A stretch of DNA of 64,000 bases from Candidatus Omnitrophota bacterium. Its GTDB lineage: Bacteria; Omnitrophota; Omnitrophia; Omnitrophales; Aquincolibacteriaceae. Of the stretch, positions 27,131 to 36,663 are shown piece after piece (position 1 is the stretch's first letter; every line of letters begins with the position of its first letter). The notes below the pieces were generated by a model that saw only the letters and a program-made list of their open reading frames with translations, was not told the DNA's origin and did not search any database. Location of the stretch: positions 8,581-72,580 of the forward strand of contig CAIOAT010000016.1 in the NCBI GenBank assembly GCA_903856085.1, written 5' to 3'. The translations under genes and the position numbers were made by a program.

Positions 27131-28903
27131 ATGGGCTTTCCAAAGATCGGTTTCGCCAAACGTCTCCTCGTGCTGTATGGCATTATTTTCATCCTCGTCC
27201 TGCTCGTAACCGATTGGACGCTTTCTCATTTCCTCCAAAAGCGTGACCTCCAACAGCTTCAGAGCTCTCTTTCGCGTCAGTCGACCCTGATCCGCGAGAT
27301 TGCGACTCCTCTATTAAAGGAGGCTCCCAAGCTCCAATCCAAAGTCAAAAAGCTAGCCGAGGGGACCGATCTTCGCATCACGATCATCGATCCCGAAGGC
27401 GCGATCCTTGCCGATTCCAGTGAAACCAGCGAGGCTCTCGCGAAAATGGACAATCACGCGACCCGGCCCGAGGTTGCGTCCGCACTGAGAAAAGAAACGG
27501 GCATGAGCATCCGTTACAGCATGACTGTTCAGACCAAAATGCTTTATATCGCTATCCCCATCCTGGAACACTCCCAGATCCTAGGGGTCGTTCGCACCGC
27601 GATGCCGATCACACGCGTCGATGAGATCCTGGCCTCGGTCCGCCGACCCGTGATGCTCGCAGCGGTCCTCGGCATTTTGATCGTCCTCGTTGCCGGCATT
27701 CTCTTCGGCGGTCGCCTCACCCAACGCATAGGACGCATCACCTCCGTAGCCGAACGTTATGCCCGCGAGGACTGGTCTGAAAAAATCCTGATGGACGGCC
27801 GCGACGAGCTCAAAATGCTCGCAGATACCATGAATCAAATGGCCACATCCCTGCGCTCAAGGATCGAAGACCTGGAAAGTGAGAAAGGTAAGATTTCCGT
27901 CATTTTGAGCAATATGAACGAAGGGGTGATCGCGATTAGCCGGCGCAAACAGTTTGTTATGGCAAATCCCGCAGCGGAAAAAATCTTTGGATTCACTGCC
28001 GCCCATACGCAGGAGAAAAGTCTGATCGAAATCACACGCCACCCTCAACTCGAAAGGATCGTGGACCACGCCTTCCAGGAGCAAAAAAACGCCTCCTCCG
28101 AAATCCAGATCTCCGGCAAGATAAAAAAGACACTTCTTGCAAATGTGATCGTTCTCGATGCCCACGCCCGCGATATCGGCGGCATCCTTGTTTTTCATGA
28201 CATGACGGAGCTCCGTCGACTCGAGAATATCCGGAAGGAATTCGTAGCCAATGTTTCCCACGAACTCCGCACGCCCCTCACCTCGATTAAGGGATTCATT
28301 GAAACGTTGCTGGGCGGCGCCTTAAAAGATCCCCCGACCAGCGAACGGTTCCTGAAAATTGTTTCGGAGGAGACGGATCGACTCGGAAGGCTGGTGGAAG
28401 ATATTCTGACGCTTGGCGAGATCGAACAGGGCGCGGCTCTGGTCAGGAAAGAAAAGATCGATCTTGCCTCTGAACTCCCGGCCATCCTGGAACGATTTAA
28501 GACCCAGCTCCAAGAAAAAAAGATCGCGGTCGAAAACCGCATCTCCGGGAAACCTCTCCCGCTATCTGGAGACAGGGACAAAGTCCATCAGGTCTTCGTC
28601 AATCTCATCGACAATGCGATCAAATTCAATAAGCCTGAAGGGATGATCGTCCTGTCTGCCGATCAAAGTCCGAAAGGCGTGGTGATTACCATCGAGGATA
28701 CGGGGATCGGTATTCCTGAAGAGTCCCTAGGACGGATTTTTGAGCGGTTCTTTCGTGTGGATAAAGCACGTTCAAAGGAGCTTGGAGGAACCGGATTGGG
28801 CCTAGCCATCGTTAAACACATCATGGAAGCGCATGGCGGCCACGCCACATGCCAAAGCACCCCCGGCCAGGGTTCCCGCTTTTCGGTTTTTTTTCCCGCC
28901 TGA
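27131..28903 (+). CDS. phoR: Sensor histidine kinase, PhoR-like
   Basis: Two TM helices flank a ~150-aa loop. PAS segment NMNEGVIAISRRKQFVMANPAAEKIFG, H-box FVANVSHELRTPLTSIKG, N/G boxes NLIDNAIKFN, DTGIGIP and GGTGLGLAIVKHI. ATG 27131 is separated from the phoB stop by a single nt. The track start at 27065 is rejected. Confidence 0.8.
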   Translation: MGFPKIGFAKRLLVLYGIIFILVLLVTDWTLSHFLQKRDLQQLQSSLSRQSTLIREIATPLLKEAPKLQSKVKKLAEGTDLRITIIDPEGAILADSSETSEALAKMDNHATRPEVASALRKETGMSIRYSMTVQTKMLYIAIPILEHSQILGVVRTAMPITRVDEILASVRRPVMLAAVLGILIVLVAGILFGGRLTQRIGRITSVAERYAREDWSEKILMDGRDELKMLADTMNQMATSLRSRIEDLESEKGKISVILSNMNEGVIAISRRKQFVMANPAAEKIFGFTAAHTQEKSLIEITRHPQLERIVDHAFQEQKNASSEIQISGKIKKTLLANVIVLDAHARDIGGILVFHDMTELRRLENIRKEFVANVSHELRTPLTSIKGFIETLLGGALKDPPTSERFLKIVSEETDRLGRLVEDILTLGEIEQGAALVRKEKIDLASELPAILERFKTQLQEKKIAVENRISGKPLPLSGDRDKVHQVFVNLIDNAIKFNKPEGMIVLSADQSPKGVVITIEDTGIGIPEESLGRIFERFFRVDKARSKELGGTGLGLAIVKHIMEAHGGHATCQSTPGQGSRFSVFFPA

Positions 28904-28918
28904 TCCACCCTTACGTTT

Positions 28919-30373
28919 CTAGTTAAAATTGAGAACGATGGCCTTGCAACGCGTCATAGCCTCGATCGAATAGCGGATCCCCTGGGTCCCCATTCCTGAA
29001 CTTTTAACCCCGATGAACGGAAAATGATCCGGGCCGCGTTCTGTTTTTCCATTGACCTGAATCGTCCCTACCTCTAGACGCGCCGCAACTCTGAATGCCT
29101 CATCCATGCTCTTCGTGAAGACGGAAGCTTGCAGGCCATATTCGGAATCGTTTGTAATCTTGATCGCTTCGTCGATCGTTTTCACGCGCAAGATCGGGAG
29201 TACCGGCCCAAAAGGCTCTTCCCAAGCAATTCGCATATCCACCGTCACCCGGTCAAAGAGGGTCGGGAAAATAATATTCTTTTCGCGTTTATTTCCGGTC
29301 AAAAGTTTGGCGCCTTTTTGGACTGCATCATCGATAAGCTCCTGAACAAAATCCGCGGCTTCTTTTGAGATCAGCGGGGTAATATCCGCATCATCCTCCG
29401 GTAAACCCACGCTCAATTTTTGCACAAGCGGCAAAATCTTTTCGATCAGTTTGTCGGCCACGGACTCCAACACGAGGATCCGTTTCACCGCTGTACACCG
29501 CTGTCCGGAAAAAGAGAAGGCCCCGCCGACGATATGTTGGGCGGCTAACGAAAGATCGGCATCTTCCAAAACGATCGCCGCATCCTTGCCGCCGAGCTCC
29601 AAAAGTAGCGGCTTCATACCGACAAGAGAAGCGATATGTTTTCCGACCTTGCTGCTTCCCGTAAAGGCGACCATGTTGACGAGCGGATGGCTGACCAAAT
29701 AATCCCCGATCGCACGGCCTTGCCCCGTAATGACATTAAGAACGCCCGCCGGCAGCCCTGCTTCGCAGAAGACACGCGCCAAATAAAGGGCGCTGATGGC
29801 TCCCTGCGTCGGAGGTTTGAAGACCACCGAGTTTCCCGCCACAAGAGCCGGCGTGATCTTGGAAGCGGCTAGATTGATGGGATAATTGAATGGAGCGATC
29901 GCAAGCACGACCCCCAGCGGAACACGATTTACGATCGAAAGTTTCGTTTCATGAAAGCCGGGGAACGCTCCCGACGAAAGACTTTCGCCCGTGACGCGCT
30001 TCCCTTCTTCCGCCGTAAAATGGATCAGGTCCGCAGTCCGGGTCACCTCGGAAAGAGAGGATTTTTTATTCTTGGCGATCTCGCGCATCAGGACATCTGC
30101 GATCGCATCCTTCTCGCGAACAAGGATCTCGGCCGCCTTGTGGAGAACGGCGGCACGCTCGCTCACCGGGACCGCGGCCCAGGACTTTTGCGCCGCAGCC
30201 GAACATTTTAAAAATTCATCGGCCTCTTCTTGGCTCATCGCGGGCACTTCCCCGACAAGCGACCCGTCGGTGGGTGAGAAAATCTTATCCCGCTTCCCGG
30301 AGCGCGAAGTCACCCATTGACCATTAAGAAGATTCTTATATTTTTGCCCTTCACTAAAAATACAACGGAACAT
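28919..30373 (-). CDS. gapN: Non-phosphorylating NADP-dependent glyceraldehyde-3-phosphate dehydrogenase
   Basis: 484 aa. It is collinear throughout with GapN-type ALDHs (KYKNLLNGQW..., PFNYPINLAASKI, ELGGKDAAIVLEDADL, FSFSGQRCTAVKR, EEPFGPVLPILRV). Confidence 0.9.
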   Translation of the reverse strand: MFRCIFSEGQKYKNLLNGQWVTSRSGKRDKIFSPTDGSLVGEVPAMSQEEADEFLKCSAAAQKSWAAVPVSERAAVLHKAAEILVREKDAIADVLMREIAKNKKSSLSEVTRTADLIHFTAEEGKRVTGESLSSGAFPGFHETKLSIVNRVPLGVVLAIAPFNYPINLAASKITPALVAGNSVVFKPPTQGAISALYLARVFCEAGLPAGVLNVITGQGRAIGDYLVSHPLVNMVAFTGSSKVGKHIASLVGMKPLLLELGGKDAAIVLEDADLSLAAQHIVGGAFSFSGQRCTAVKRILVLESVADKLIEKILPLVQKLSVGLPEDDADITPLISKEAADFVQELIDDAVQKGAKLLTGNKREKNIIFPTLFDRVTVDMRIAWEEPFGPVLPILRVKTIDEAIKITNDSEYGLQASVFTKSMDEAFRVAARLEVGTIQVNGKTERGPDHFPFIGVKSSGMGTQGIRYSIEAMTRCKAIVLNFN

Positions 30374-30397
30374 TTTGACCTGCCCTTTCGTGGAACT

Positions 30398-30850
30398 TTA
30401 TTTACTTCGCTTTTTTGTCGCGGCTTTTTGGGTGAGAGGAACACGCTCGTGGGCTTTTTTCCCAAGCGGACGGTAATAACAAACACTGGGCTCACCGAGC
30501 TGCCAGGAAAAATAAACCTCCTGGCCCTCATGTGTACCAAAGAATTCGACATGGCCTTTTTCGATATTACGGAGAAGACAGCCCCTCGCAAAGATCGCTT
30601 CAATATCTTTGGCCAGGTCCTCGATCGCATCTTCAAGCGCGTGAATGCCGTCTTCCAGATCATCTTTTTCTTCTAAAAGCCCGTGTGTCCGCTCGGCCGT
30701 GCAAACAAGCTCATGCATAAAAAGAAGATCGTGAGTGCGGCTGTAGGCTTCTTTCTTGGTCTGGAGAAGTTTAAGGCATTTTTCAAGTTCGGGAAGTAAA
30801 GCATCGGCTTCTTCTTTCGAAAAAATGCGTTTCTTCTTCAAAGGCTTCAC
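30398..30850 (-). CDS. DUF2203-family protein
   Basis: 150 aa. FSKEEADALLPELEKCLKLL... and ...GCLLRNIEKGHVEFFGTHEGQEVYFSWQLGEPSVCYY match my memory of the DUF2203 pattern. Confidence 0.55.
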   Translation of the reverse strand: MKPLKKKRIFSKEEADALLPELEKCLKLLQTKKEAYSRTHDLLFMHELVCTAERTHGLLEEKDDLEDGIHALEDAIEDLAKDIEAIFARGCLLRNIEKGHVEFFGTHEGQEVYFSWQLGEPSVCYYRPLGKKAHERVPLTQKAATKKRSK

Positions 30851-30902
30851 AGTCTCCTCCGGGTCACAAGTTTCATTAAGCTACACCTCGCTTGCTTCCA
30901 CT

Positions 30903-32267
30903 TCAAGCTCCAAAATGCTCCGGTGCGACATCCGACCAAAGGGCGGGCATCAGACCGCCGCCCGTCGCCACATTGATCACGCTCTCATCGCTCAAACGGA
31001 CAAACCCTCCGGCGTATTTTCCTCCAAACACCAGCATATTGAAATTGTATTTCTTGTAAATAAAGTCCAGCTTCTGGTTCACAACATCGGGAACGGTCAT
31101 CGCCGGGACCGAAACTTGTTCCTGAATCACCCAATCTTCTTCTTTAAGCGCTTTATCCACCACCGCATTCCAGTCGCCATCCGGCGTCTCGCGGCCAATA
31201 TGAACCCGCCGGGCACCGTGGCTTGAGCCCGAGGGTTTTAGAACGATGGTATCCTTCTCATCTTTCAAAAAATCGATCAGAAAGACCTTCCGGTGACCGT
31301 AGAAATCTTCGGCGTCCGAAAGGCATCGCGTCCACGGAAGGTGCTGACGCTTCATCGCGTTTTCGTTCTCCGTAAAGAAACGATCAAACTCCGGGGTGGT
31401 CAAAAGCGAGAAGATCGATTTGCTTGCGGCAAGCCTTGAACGCAACGGATTGACGACGCAGACGGCTTTGTCCTTATAGGCTCGCAGCAGGTCCTGAACC
31501 TCATCGAGCCGTTCCAGCAACTCATCAAAGATCACGCGCCGGTAAATCAGGTGTACGCGAAAACCTTTGTGATAAAGTTTGCCGCCTTTGTACTGAAGTT
31601 CACGCGGATCGGCGATCGTGGTTTTATAGCCCTTGGACTCGAAATGACTTTTCATGTGTTCGAATTCCGCGGCAGTCCTCGCATGCCGCCAATCTACGAT
31701 CGCGATCTGAGGCGTTTCATAGCCCCCGAACTCTTCATAGACCGAAAGGAGCGTTGAGAGAATGCTTTGAACGCGTTCGCTGGCGGCCAAATGGTGCTCC
31801 TCAGCAAACGGCCAGACAAGTTCTTCGGAAAGGAATGCGGCCTCCATCTGATCCGCGTAGGCGGCGCCGGCCGGAGCATCGCAATTAAACTCCAAAAGCT
31901 TCAGGCTCTCGCCTTCCAGAAGCGCGTCGAAGCGGCTGAAGACGACATGCTGGGAATAACCCGGATCGATCTGCACGAGCTCTTCGGCTTCGGGAGAAAG
32001 GCGGAAATGGGACCTCAGCTGCGTTTCTTCAAAATAAAGACGTGCGGTCTTGTTGAGAATCTGGGAAAAAGTCGCGGCAGCACGCTTGAGAAGATGCTGC
32101 TGCTTGGGGGTGACAAAATAAGCTTTGTAGAAAGCCGGGACTGTGAAGCGGCCGTACGCGAACGATGAGTTTTTGAGCTTTTCCTTGAACCGGCCAATGG
32201 CGGGAACAGCGCGGGCCTCATGGATCTTCAGGTATTGGTCGTACGCGTAATCAAGATTCGCGGCCAT
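30903..32267 (-). CDS. ATP-grasp-fold protein (glutathionylspermidine-synthase-like/circularly permuted type), function unknown
   Basis: 454 aa with the blocks FSRFDALLEGESLKLLEFNCDAPAGAAY and IVLKPSGSSHGARRVHIG...NFNMLVFGGKYAGGFVRLS. Confidence 0.4.
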   Translation of the reverse strand: MAANLDYAYDQYLKIHEARAVPAIGRFKEKLKNSSFAYGRFTVPAFYKAYFVTPKQQHLLKRAAATFSQILNKTARLYFEETQLRSHFRLSPEAEELVQIDPGYSQHVVFSRFDALLEGESLKLLEFNCDAPAGAAYADQMEAAFLSEELVWPFAEEHHLAASERVQSILSTLLSVYEEFGGYETPQIAIVDWRHARTAAEFEHMKSHFESKGYKTTIADPRELQYKGGKLYHKGFRVHLIYRRVIFDELLERLDEVQDLLRAYKDKAVCVVNPLRSRLAASKSIFSLLTTPEFDRFFTENENAMKRQHLPWTRCLSDAEDFYGHRKVFLIDFLKDEKDTIVLKPSGSSHGARRVHIGRETPDGDWNAVVDKALKEEDWVIQEQVSVPAMTVPDVVNQKLDFIYKKYNFNMLVFGGKYAGGFVRLSDESVINVATGGGLMPALWSDVAPEHFGA

Positions 32268-32350
32268 GAACCGTCCAAACTTTTGACTTTATTTCTTCAA
32301 AGGTAGCCAGTGCTGCCAGGTTGCCGATGACAACAAAAAACGCTCTCGAA

Positions 32351-33505
32351 TTACTTACGCTCTTCGTGCGGAATGTAATACTGTTCCTGCGGACCGATGT
32401 ATTCAGCGAGCGGCCGTATAAGACGGTTGTCCAACTGCTGCTCGATGATGTGACCACTCCAGCCAGCGACGCGACTTGCCGCAAAAACAGTTGTGAAAAA
32501 ATCCGGAGGGAATCCGAGCACATAAAGCACGGGGGCTGAGAAAAAATCCACATTGCAGGGGATCTTTTTTCTTTCCATCATCACTTTCTCGACATGCGTC
32601 CCGATCTCCAACCAGTCCATTTTTCCCGCTTTGATGCATAGGTCATGCGCGATCTGGCGAAACGCTTCGGCGCGCGGGTCGCGGGTCTTATAAATCCGGT
32701 GCCCGAAACCCATAACCTTCTTTTTCTCGTCCAAGAGTTTATTCACATAAGCAACCGCGTTCGCAGGCGTTCCGATCTCCAGGATCATTTCCATCGCATA
32801 CTGGTTCGCCGCGCCGTGGAGTTCGCCGGCTAAGGTCCCGACCGCGGAAGTGACCGCCGAATAAAGGTTCGACAAAGTCCCCGTCGTGACACGCGCCGCA
32901 AAAGTCGAGGCATTGAGCCCGTGGTCCGCCAGGAGGATCAGGTACGCGTCTAGCGCCTTCTCCATTTCCGGCGTCGGTTTCTTGCCGCTCATCATATAAA
33001 GAAAATTCGCCGCGTGGGAAAGGCTCATGTCAGGCTGAAGGGGCTCTTTGCCTTCGCGAAGCCTGTGAAAAGCCGCAATAATGGTCGGAAAAACACCCGT
33101 CAGATGATAGGCCTTCCGCTGGGATTCCTCGGGATTGACGATGTGGGCCCTGGGATCCAGACTCCCCATGAGCGAACACATGGTTCGGAGAGCGCTCATA
33201 GGATGGGTGGTGGTCGGAATAAGCCTGAGAACCGCAAGCGCCAGCTCGGAGAGAGGTCTCTGCGCCTTCAAAGTTTCTTTGAAAGTCTTGAGTTCTTCCG
33301 TGTTGGGAAGTTTCGCGTACCAAAGATGATAGGTCACTTCTTCAAAATGGGATTTTTCAACAAGCTCGCTGATCGGAATGCCGCGATAAAAAAGCCGTCC
33401 GTTCTCACCATCCACATCACTTAGAGACGTCTGAGCGGCGACGACGCCTTCCAAGCCCTTGATCAGTTTTGATGCGCTTGAAGGTTCCTTTTTCCTGTTG
33501 GGCAT
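32351..33505 (-). CDS. gltA: Citrate synthase
   Basis: 384 aa with LILLADHGLNASTFAARV, GELHGAANQ and GFGHRIYKTRDPRA. Confidence 0.9.
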   Translation of the reverse strand: MPNRKKEPSSASKLIKGLEGVVAAQTSLSDVDGENGRLFYRGIPISELVEKSHFEEVTYHLWYAKLPNTEELKTFKETLKAQRPLSELALAVLRLIPTTTHPMSALRTMCSLMGSLDPRAHIVNPEESQRKAYHLTGVFPTIIAAFHRLREGKEPLQPDMSLSHAANFLYMMSGKKPTPEMEKALDAYLILLADHGLNASTFAARVTTGTLSNLYSAVTSAVGTLAGELHGAANQYAMEMILEIGTPANAVAYVNKLLDEKKKVMGFGHRIYKTRDPRAEAFRQIAHDLCIKAGKMDWLEIGTHVEKVMMERKKIPCNVDFFSAPVLYVLGFPPDFFTTVFAASRVAGWSGHIIEQQLDNRLIRPLAEYIGPQEQYYIPHEERK

Positions 33506-33647
33506 TTTCTGTCATCTCCTTTAAAGAAATTCACAAAGCAGGGTTATTATACTCAAAGCCGTAAAAACAGGAACTGCTCTTTTGAGAAAATCCTACCAAA
33601 CATACGGTCTGAGGCAGAACTCAGATTTTTTCGCTCCTTCGACCCGC

Positions 33648-34346
33648 TTAGACGGGTTTTGTGATCTTCCAAAGCCGGATCAGAAATATCCGGCGAGGAT
33701 CAATCAGCCGGTCGACGAGAAGCTGCGCATCCCTTTCAAAGAATGCTCTGGCATCCGGGTCCGCGAAATCCTTCATTCTTAGTTTCAGGGAAGAAAATAA
33801 AAAATTGGTCTTATAAGACACGATCCCGAGCCTCCTCACCCGTTCCTCAAAATAGCGAACGTTGATGTCCTTTTCATCCGGCGAATCGGTCTTTTCAAAA
33901 GCAATGATGAAAAAGGCTTCGCGAAAAAACCCGGTGTTTTCCTTATAAATCGTTTCTCCAGGCTTGTCAAAATAAACGGAGGCGGGCATGCTCAAGTAGC
34001 GGGAACCGTCCTGTTCGTGCAAGATCTTATAAAGCGTCACGCGCATCCCCGGCAAAGGCGCCGACAGTTCGAGCCGAAGATCCTCCCCTTCGCGCGCTCC
34101 GAGGGCATAAACCTGGATGCGTTCATCACCATGCGCCCGGTTATTCCTTTCAACCAACAACCGCAACGGCCGGGTGCCAAAGCCCGATAAATCCTGAATC
34201 GTCAGAGCTATCGGTTTGCCGTTCAAATAAAACTTGGGCAATGGGGGGACGCCCTCTTCCGCCCTGAGCGGGCTCGAGAACAAGCCGGATTGAGAAAGAA
34301 GGAATGCTACCGCGAATACGATTAAAACGCGTCTCATTGGTTTCAT
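33648..34346 (-). CDS. Secreted hypothetical protein
   Basis: Signal peptide MKPMRRVLIVFAVAFLLSQSGLFSSPLRA starts from ATG 34346 (alternatives 34358 and 34337). The long track ORF start at 34535 would overlap the upstream gene. Confidence 0.5.
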   Translation of the reverse strand: MKPMRRVLIVFAVAFLLSQSGLFSSPLRAEEGVPPLPKFYLNGKPIALTIQDLSGFGTRPLRLLVERNNRAHGDERIQVYALGAREGEDLRLELSAPLPGMRVTLYKILHEQDGSRYLSMPASVYFDKPGETIYKENTGFFREAFFIIAFEKTDSPDEKDINVRYFEERVRRLGIVSYKTNFLFSSLKLRMKDFADPDARAFFERDAQLLVDRLIDPRRIFLIRLWKITKPV

Positions 34347-34351
34347 TTTTG

Positions 34352-34642
34352 TCAGCATTTCTGCCAAAATTTTGGTATAAAAAACGGCGTCTTTTTTTTG
34401 TAATCGCAATAGGCATCCCCGAAGCGTTGCTTGAGCTCTTTTTCCTCGATAAGCTTGATCTCGAGAATGAGAAGGATCATCAGGATAACAGCTCCCTTTT
34501 CCCCGAGTCCTAAAATCCAGACTAGCACTGGCCATCCAGCGATAAAAAGTATCACGCCAAGCACCGTTGCCACCGTCCTGTAGCCCGCGGAGTATTCCTG
34601 GCCCACCCTCGCTACCAAATATCCGATTAATTGATCGAACAT
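34352..34642 (-). CDS. Short ICMT/PEMT-like membrane methyltransferase fragment (96 aa)
   Basis: The C-terminal block EEKELKQRFGDAYCDYKKKTPFFIP is typical of the isoprenylcysteine carboxyl methyltransferase family. Only about 2 TM helices are present, with no clear RHPxY block. It may be a truncated or minimal form. Confidence 0.4.
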   Translation of the reverse strand: MFDQLIGYLVARVGQEYSAGYRTVATVLGVILFIAGWPVLVWILGLGEKGAVILMILLILEIKLIEEKELKQRFGDAYCDYKKKTPFFIPKFWQKC

Positions 34643-34713
34643 AAATTCCTCCTCATTTCAAAAACCACCGGACCAGCGCCAATAATGACCGCTCTTTTTT
34701 TGCTCAGAGCGGC

Positions 34714-36279
34714 CTATCCCCCTCCGTCATCGACCTTGATATGCTGCTCCCGAACAAGCTGTCCCCGATTGTTAAAAGCCATGAGAACACCCCTCTTGGC
34801 CCCTGTCCGCTTTAGAAATTTCAGAGCGTCCAGCTTACTCTTCCAGAGAGCGATATTCCTATGGGCGTAAAAAACAATCTGAGGGAGGATCAACGCGCCC
34901 GGACGCTCCGGCTTGAGGAAGATCACCTCTCCTTTATCCGCCACCCGGGCGATCTCTTTGCCGACGGCCTCGAAGTTCCCCGCGACAATATCTTTATTGG
35001 CTTCTAAATAGCCGCCTACGGACAATACCGTCATGAAACAAAAGCAGAGAATCAATCCCCCCGTTCTTAAAACTTGAGAAAGGCCCGAACCCCATTTTTG
35101 AAAAAAATAACCATCGATCTTCGAATAGATCAGGCCTGTAAGAAGCGCTATCAAAAAGCCGGTTTTCAGAACCGAGAAATCATGGAGAGTCGTGAAATCC
35201 CATAAAACCAGGTGGTGCATAAGAACGGGCCAAAGACACAAGAAAAGCAGGATTCTTTCAAGCCTTCCGTTTCGGCTCTCCTCCACAAAACATTTTTTGA
35301 TGAAATAAATATATATTAGATTTATAAAGAACCCCCCATAACCCAGAATATAATAATTCGTGATGGCCTGCCATGCCGTCAGATCCCAGATGTTTTGTCC
35401 TGGATGAATTTTTTGAAAAACCCCAGATCTCTCAAGATATTTTTCAGACAATGTCCGCATCAAGCTCTGAACCCCGGCTATCTGGGAATAGTGCCAAAGG
35501 AGCAGCGCAAGCGCGACCAACGAAGAAACGCTCACGACTCCAAAAACAATCCTCATCGATCTTTTTCGGAAATTGAATAGGCAATAAATGAGCAGCGTTA
35601 AAGAAAAGAATGCCCCGAGCCACTCAGTAAAAATCATCAAAAAGACCGAAAGCCCAAGAAGTGCATAGTAAATGCCTTTGTGAGACGCGGTCATCAATCT
35701 CAAAAAGACATAGACCCCGGCGATAAAGAACACCTGGACAAACATTTCGCTGAAATAAACATTGGAGTGGTTCCATAATGCGACGGGTGAGAATAAATAG
35801 ACGGCAAGTCCCATCAAGGCCGGAATGTTCGAACGGCCCCGGCAATTTTTCCGGGTCAATGCGGAAACGATCAGGTAGACAAGCAGACAGCAGGAAAAAT
35901 GTACCGCCAATCCAAAGATCTGGAGGGCTGTGACATCGGGGTAAACGTGGAGGGCCTTAAAGATTAAATAGGGGACCATGTGGGCAAGCGGCCCGTAGCT
36001 CACATAATAATAATTCCCCTCCTGATCTTTGATCCGTCCTTGATTTTTAATGTTTTTATCATTTGGATTGTCATAGGTCATGATCGGTAAAAATTTATGG
36101 TTTAAAGCGCCGCCCTCATACCAGATCTGCTGAATGCGGAGAGTGTGTGCCGTCAAGTACTCATGCCCCTCTCCCAGGGGCCTGCTCATATAAGACAATC
36201 GGATGCCAGTACTTAAAGCGAACAATGCGACAATAATCAGCGCGCTCTTCAACTGATGGGATGCCAAGCTGCTACGCAA
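34714..36279 (-). CDS. Polytopic membrane protein, GT-C/ArnT(GT39)-like glycosyltransferase candidate
   Basis: 521 aa with about 11 hydrophobic helices and then a ~100-aa soluble C-terminal domain. The N-terminus is SALIIVALFALSTGIRLSYMSRPLGEGHEYLTAHTLR. It lies next to other glycan genes. Confidence 0.4.
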   Translation of the reverse strand: MRSSLASHQLKSALIIVALFALSTGIRLSYMSRPLGEGHEYLTAHTLRIQQIWYEGGALNHKFLPIMTYDNPNDKNIKNQGRIKDQEGNYYYVSYGPLAHMVPYLIFKALHVYPDVTALQIFGLAVHFSCCLLVYLIVSALTRKNCRGRSNIPALMGLAVYLFSPVALWNHSNVYFSEMFVQVFFIAGVYVFLRLMTASHKGIYYALLGLSVFLMIFTEWLGAFFSLTLLIYCLFNFRKRSMRIVFGVVSVSSLVALALLLWHYSQIAGVQSLMRTLSEKYLERSGVFQKIHPGQNIWDLTAWQAITNYYILGYGGFFINLIYIYFIKKCFVEESRNGRLERILLFLCLWPVLMHHLVLWDFTTLHDFSVLKTGFLIALLTGLIYSKIDGYFFQKWGSGLSQVLRTGGLILCFCFMTVLSVGGYLEANKDIVAGNFEAVGKEIARVADKGEVIFLKPERPGALILPQIVFYAHRNIALWKSKLDALKFLKRTGAKRGVLMAFNNRGQLVREQHIKVDDGGG

Positions 36280-36392
36280 CGCTCTTCCTCCCTTTTGTTA
36301 GACACCCAGGACTGCCTTGCAACCGATTTTGCGGGTTCGCAGTACTGCTGAAGTCTTTATTTTTATTCAGAGGATCGAGGAACATTTTTCTA

Positions 36393-36575
36393 TTATCTTT
36401 GTTTTCTCTTCCAATGTTTGCAGCCTTTTTCCACCAAGGTGGGAGGAATGCCCTTATTCGGACCTTTCCCGTGAGCCTCGAACCAAACGCAAACACCCAG
36501 AAAAGAATCCCCGAGGTCCCTGCGAAAGTCACAATCCCAGCAAGCGGTCATCACTGCCTTTTTTGAATCAGTCAT
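36393..36575 (-). CDS. Small Cys-rich protein (60 aa), hypothetical
   Basis: A strong SD (AAGGAG) lies 7 nt upstream of ATG 36575. The pattern C-W-D-C ... G-V-C ... C-K-H-W suggests a 4-Cys metal site. Confidence 0.45.
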   Translation of the reverse strand: MTDSKKAVMTACWDCDFRRDLGDSFLGVCVWFEAHGKGPNKGIPPTLVEKGCKHWKRKQR

Positions 36576-36663
36576 TTTGCAACTCCTTATTTTCTACTGT
36601 CCGGCCGTTGACCGCTCCTGCGTTCGATGAGAAGCGCAAAAGCCGCGCCCCTCTAACAACAAT

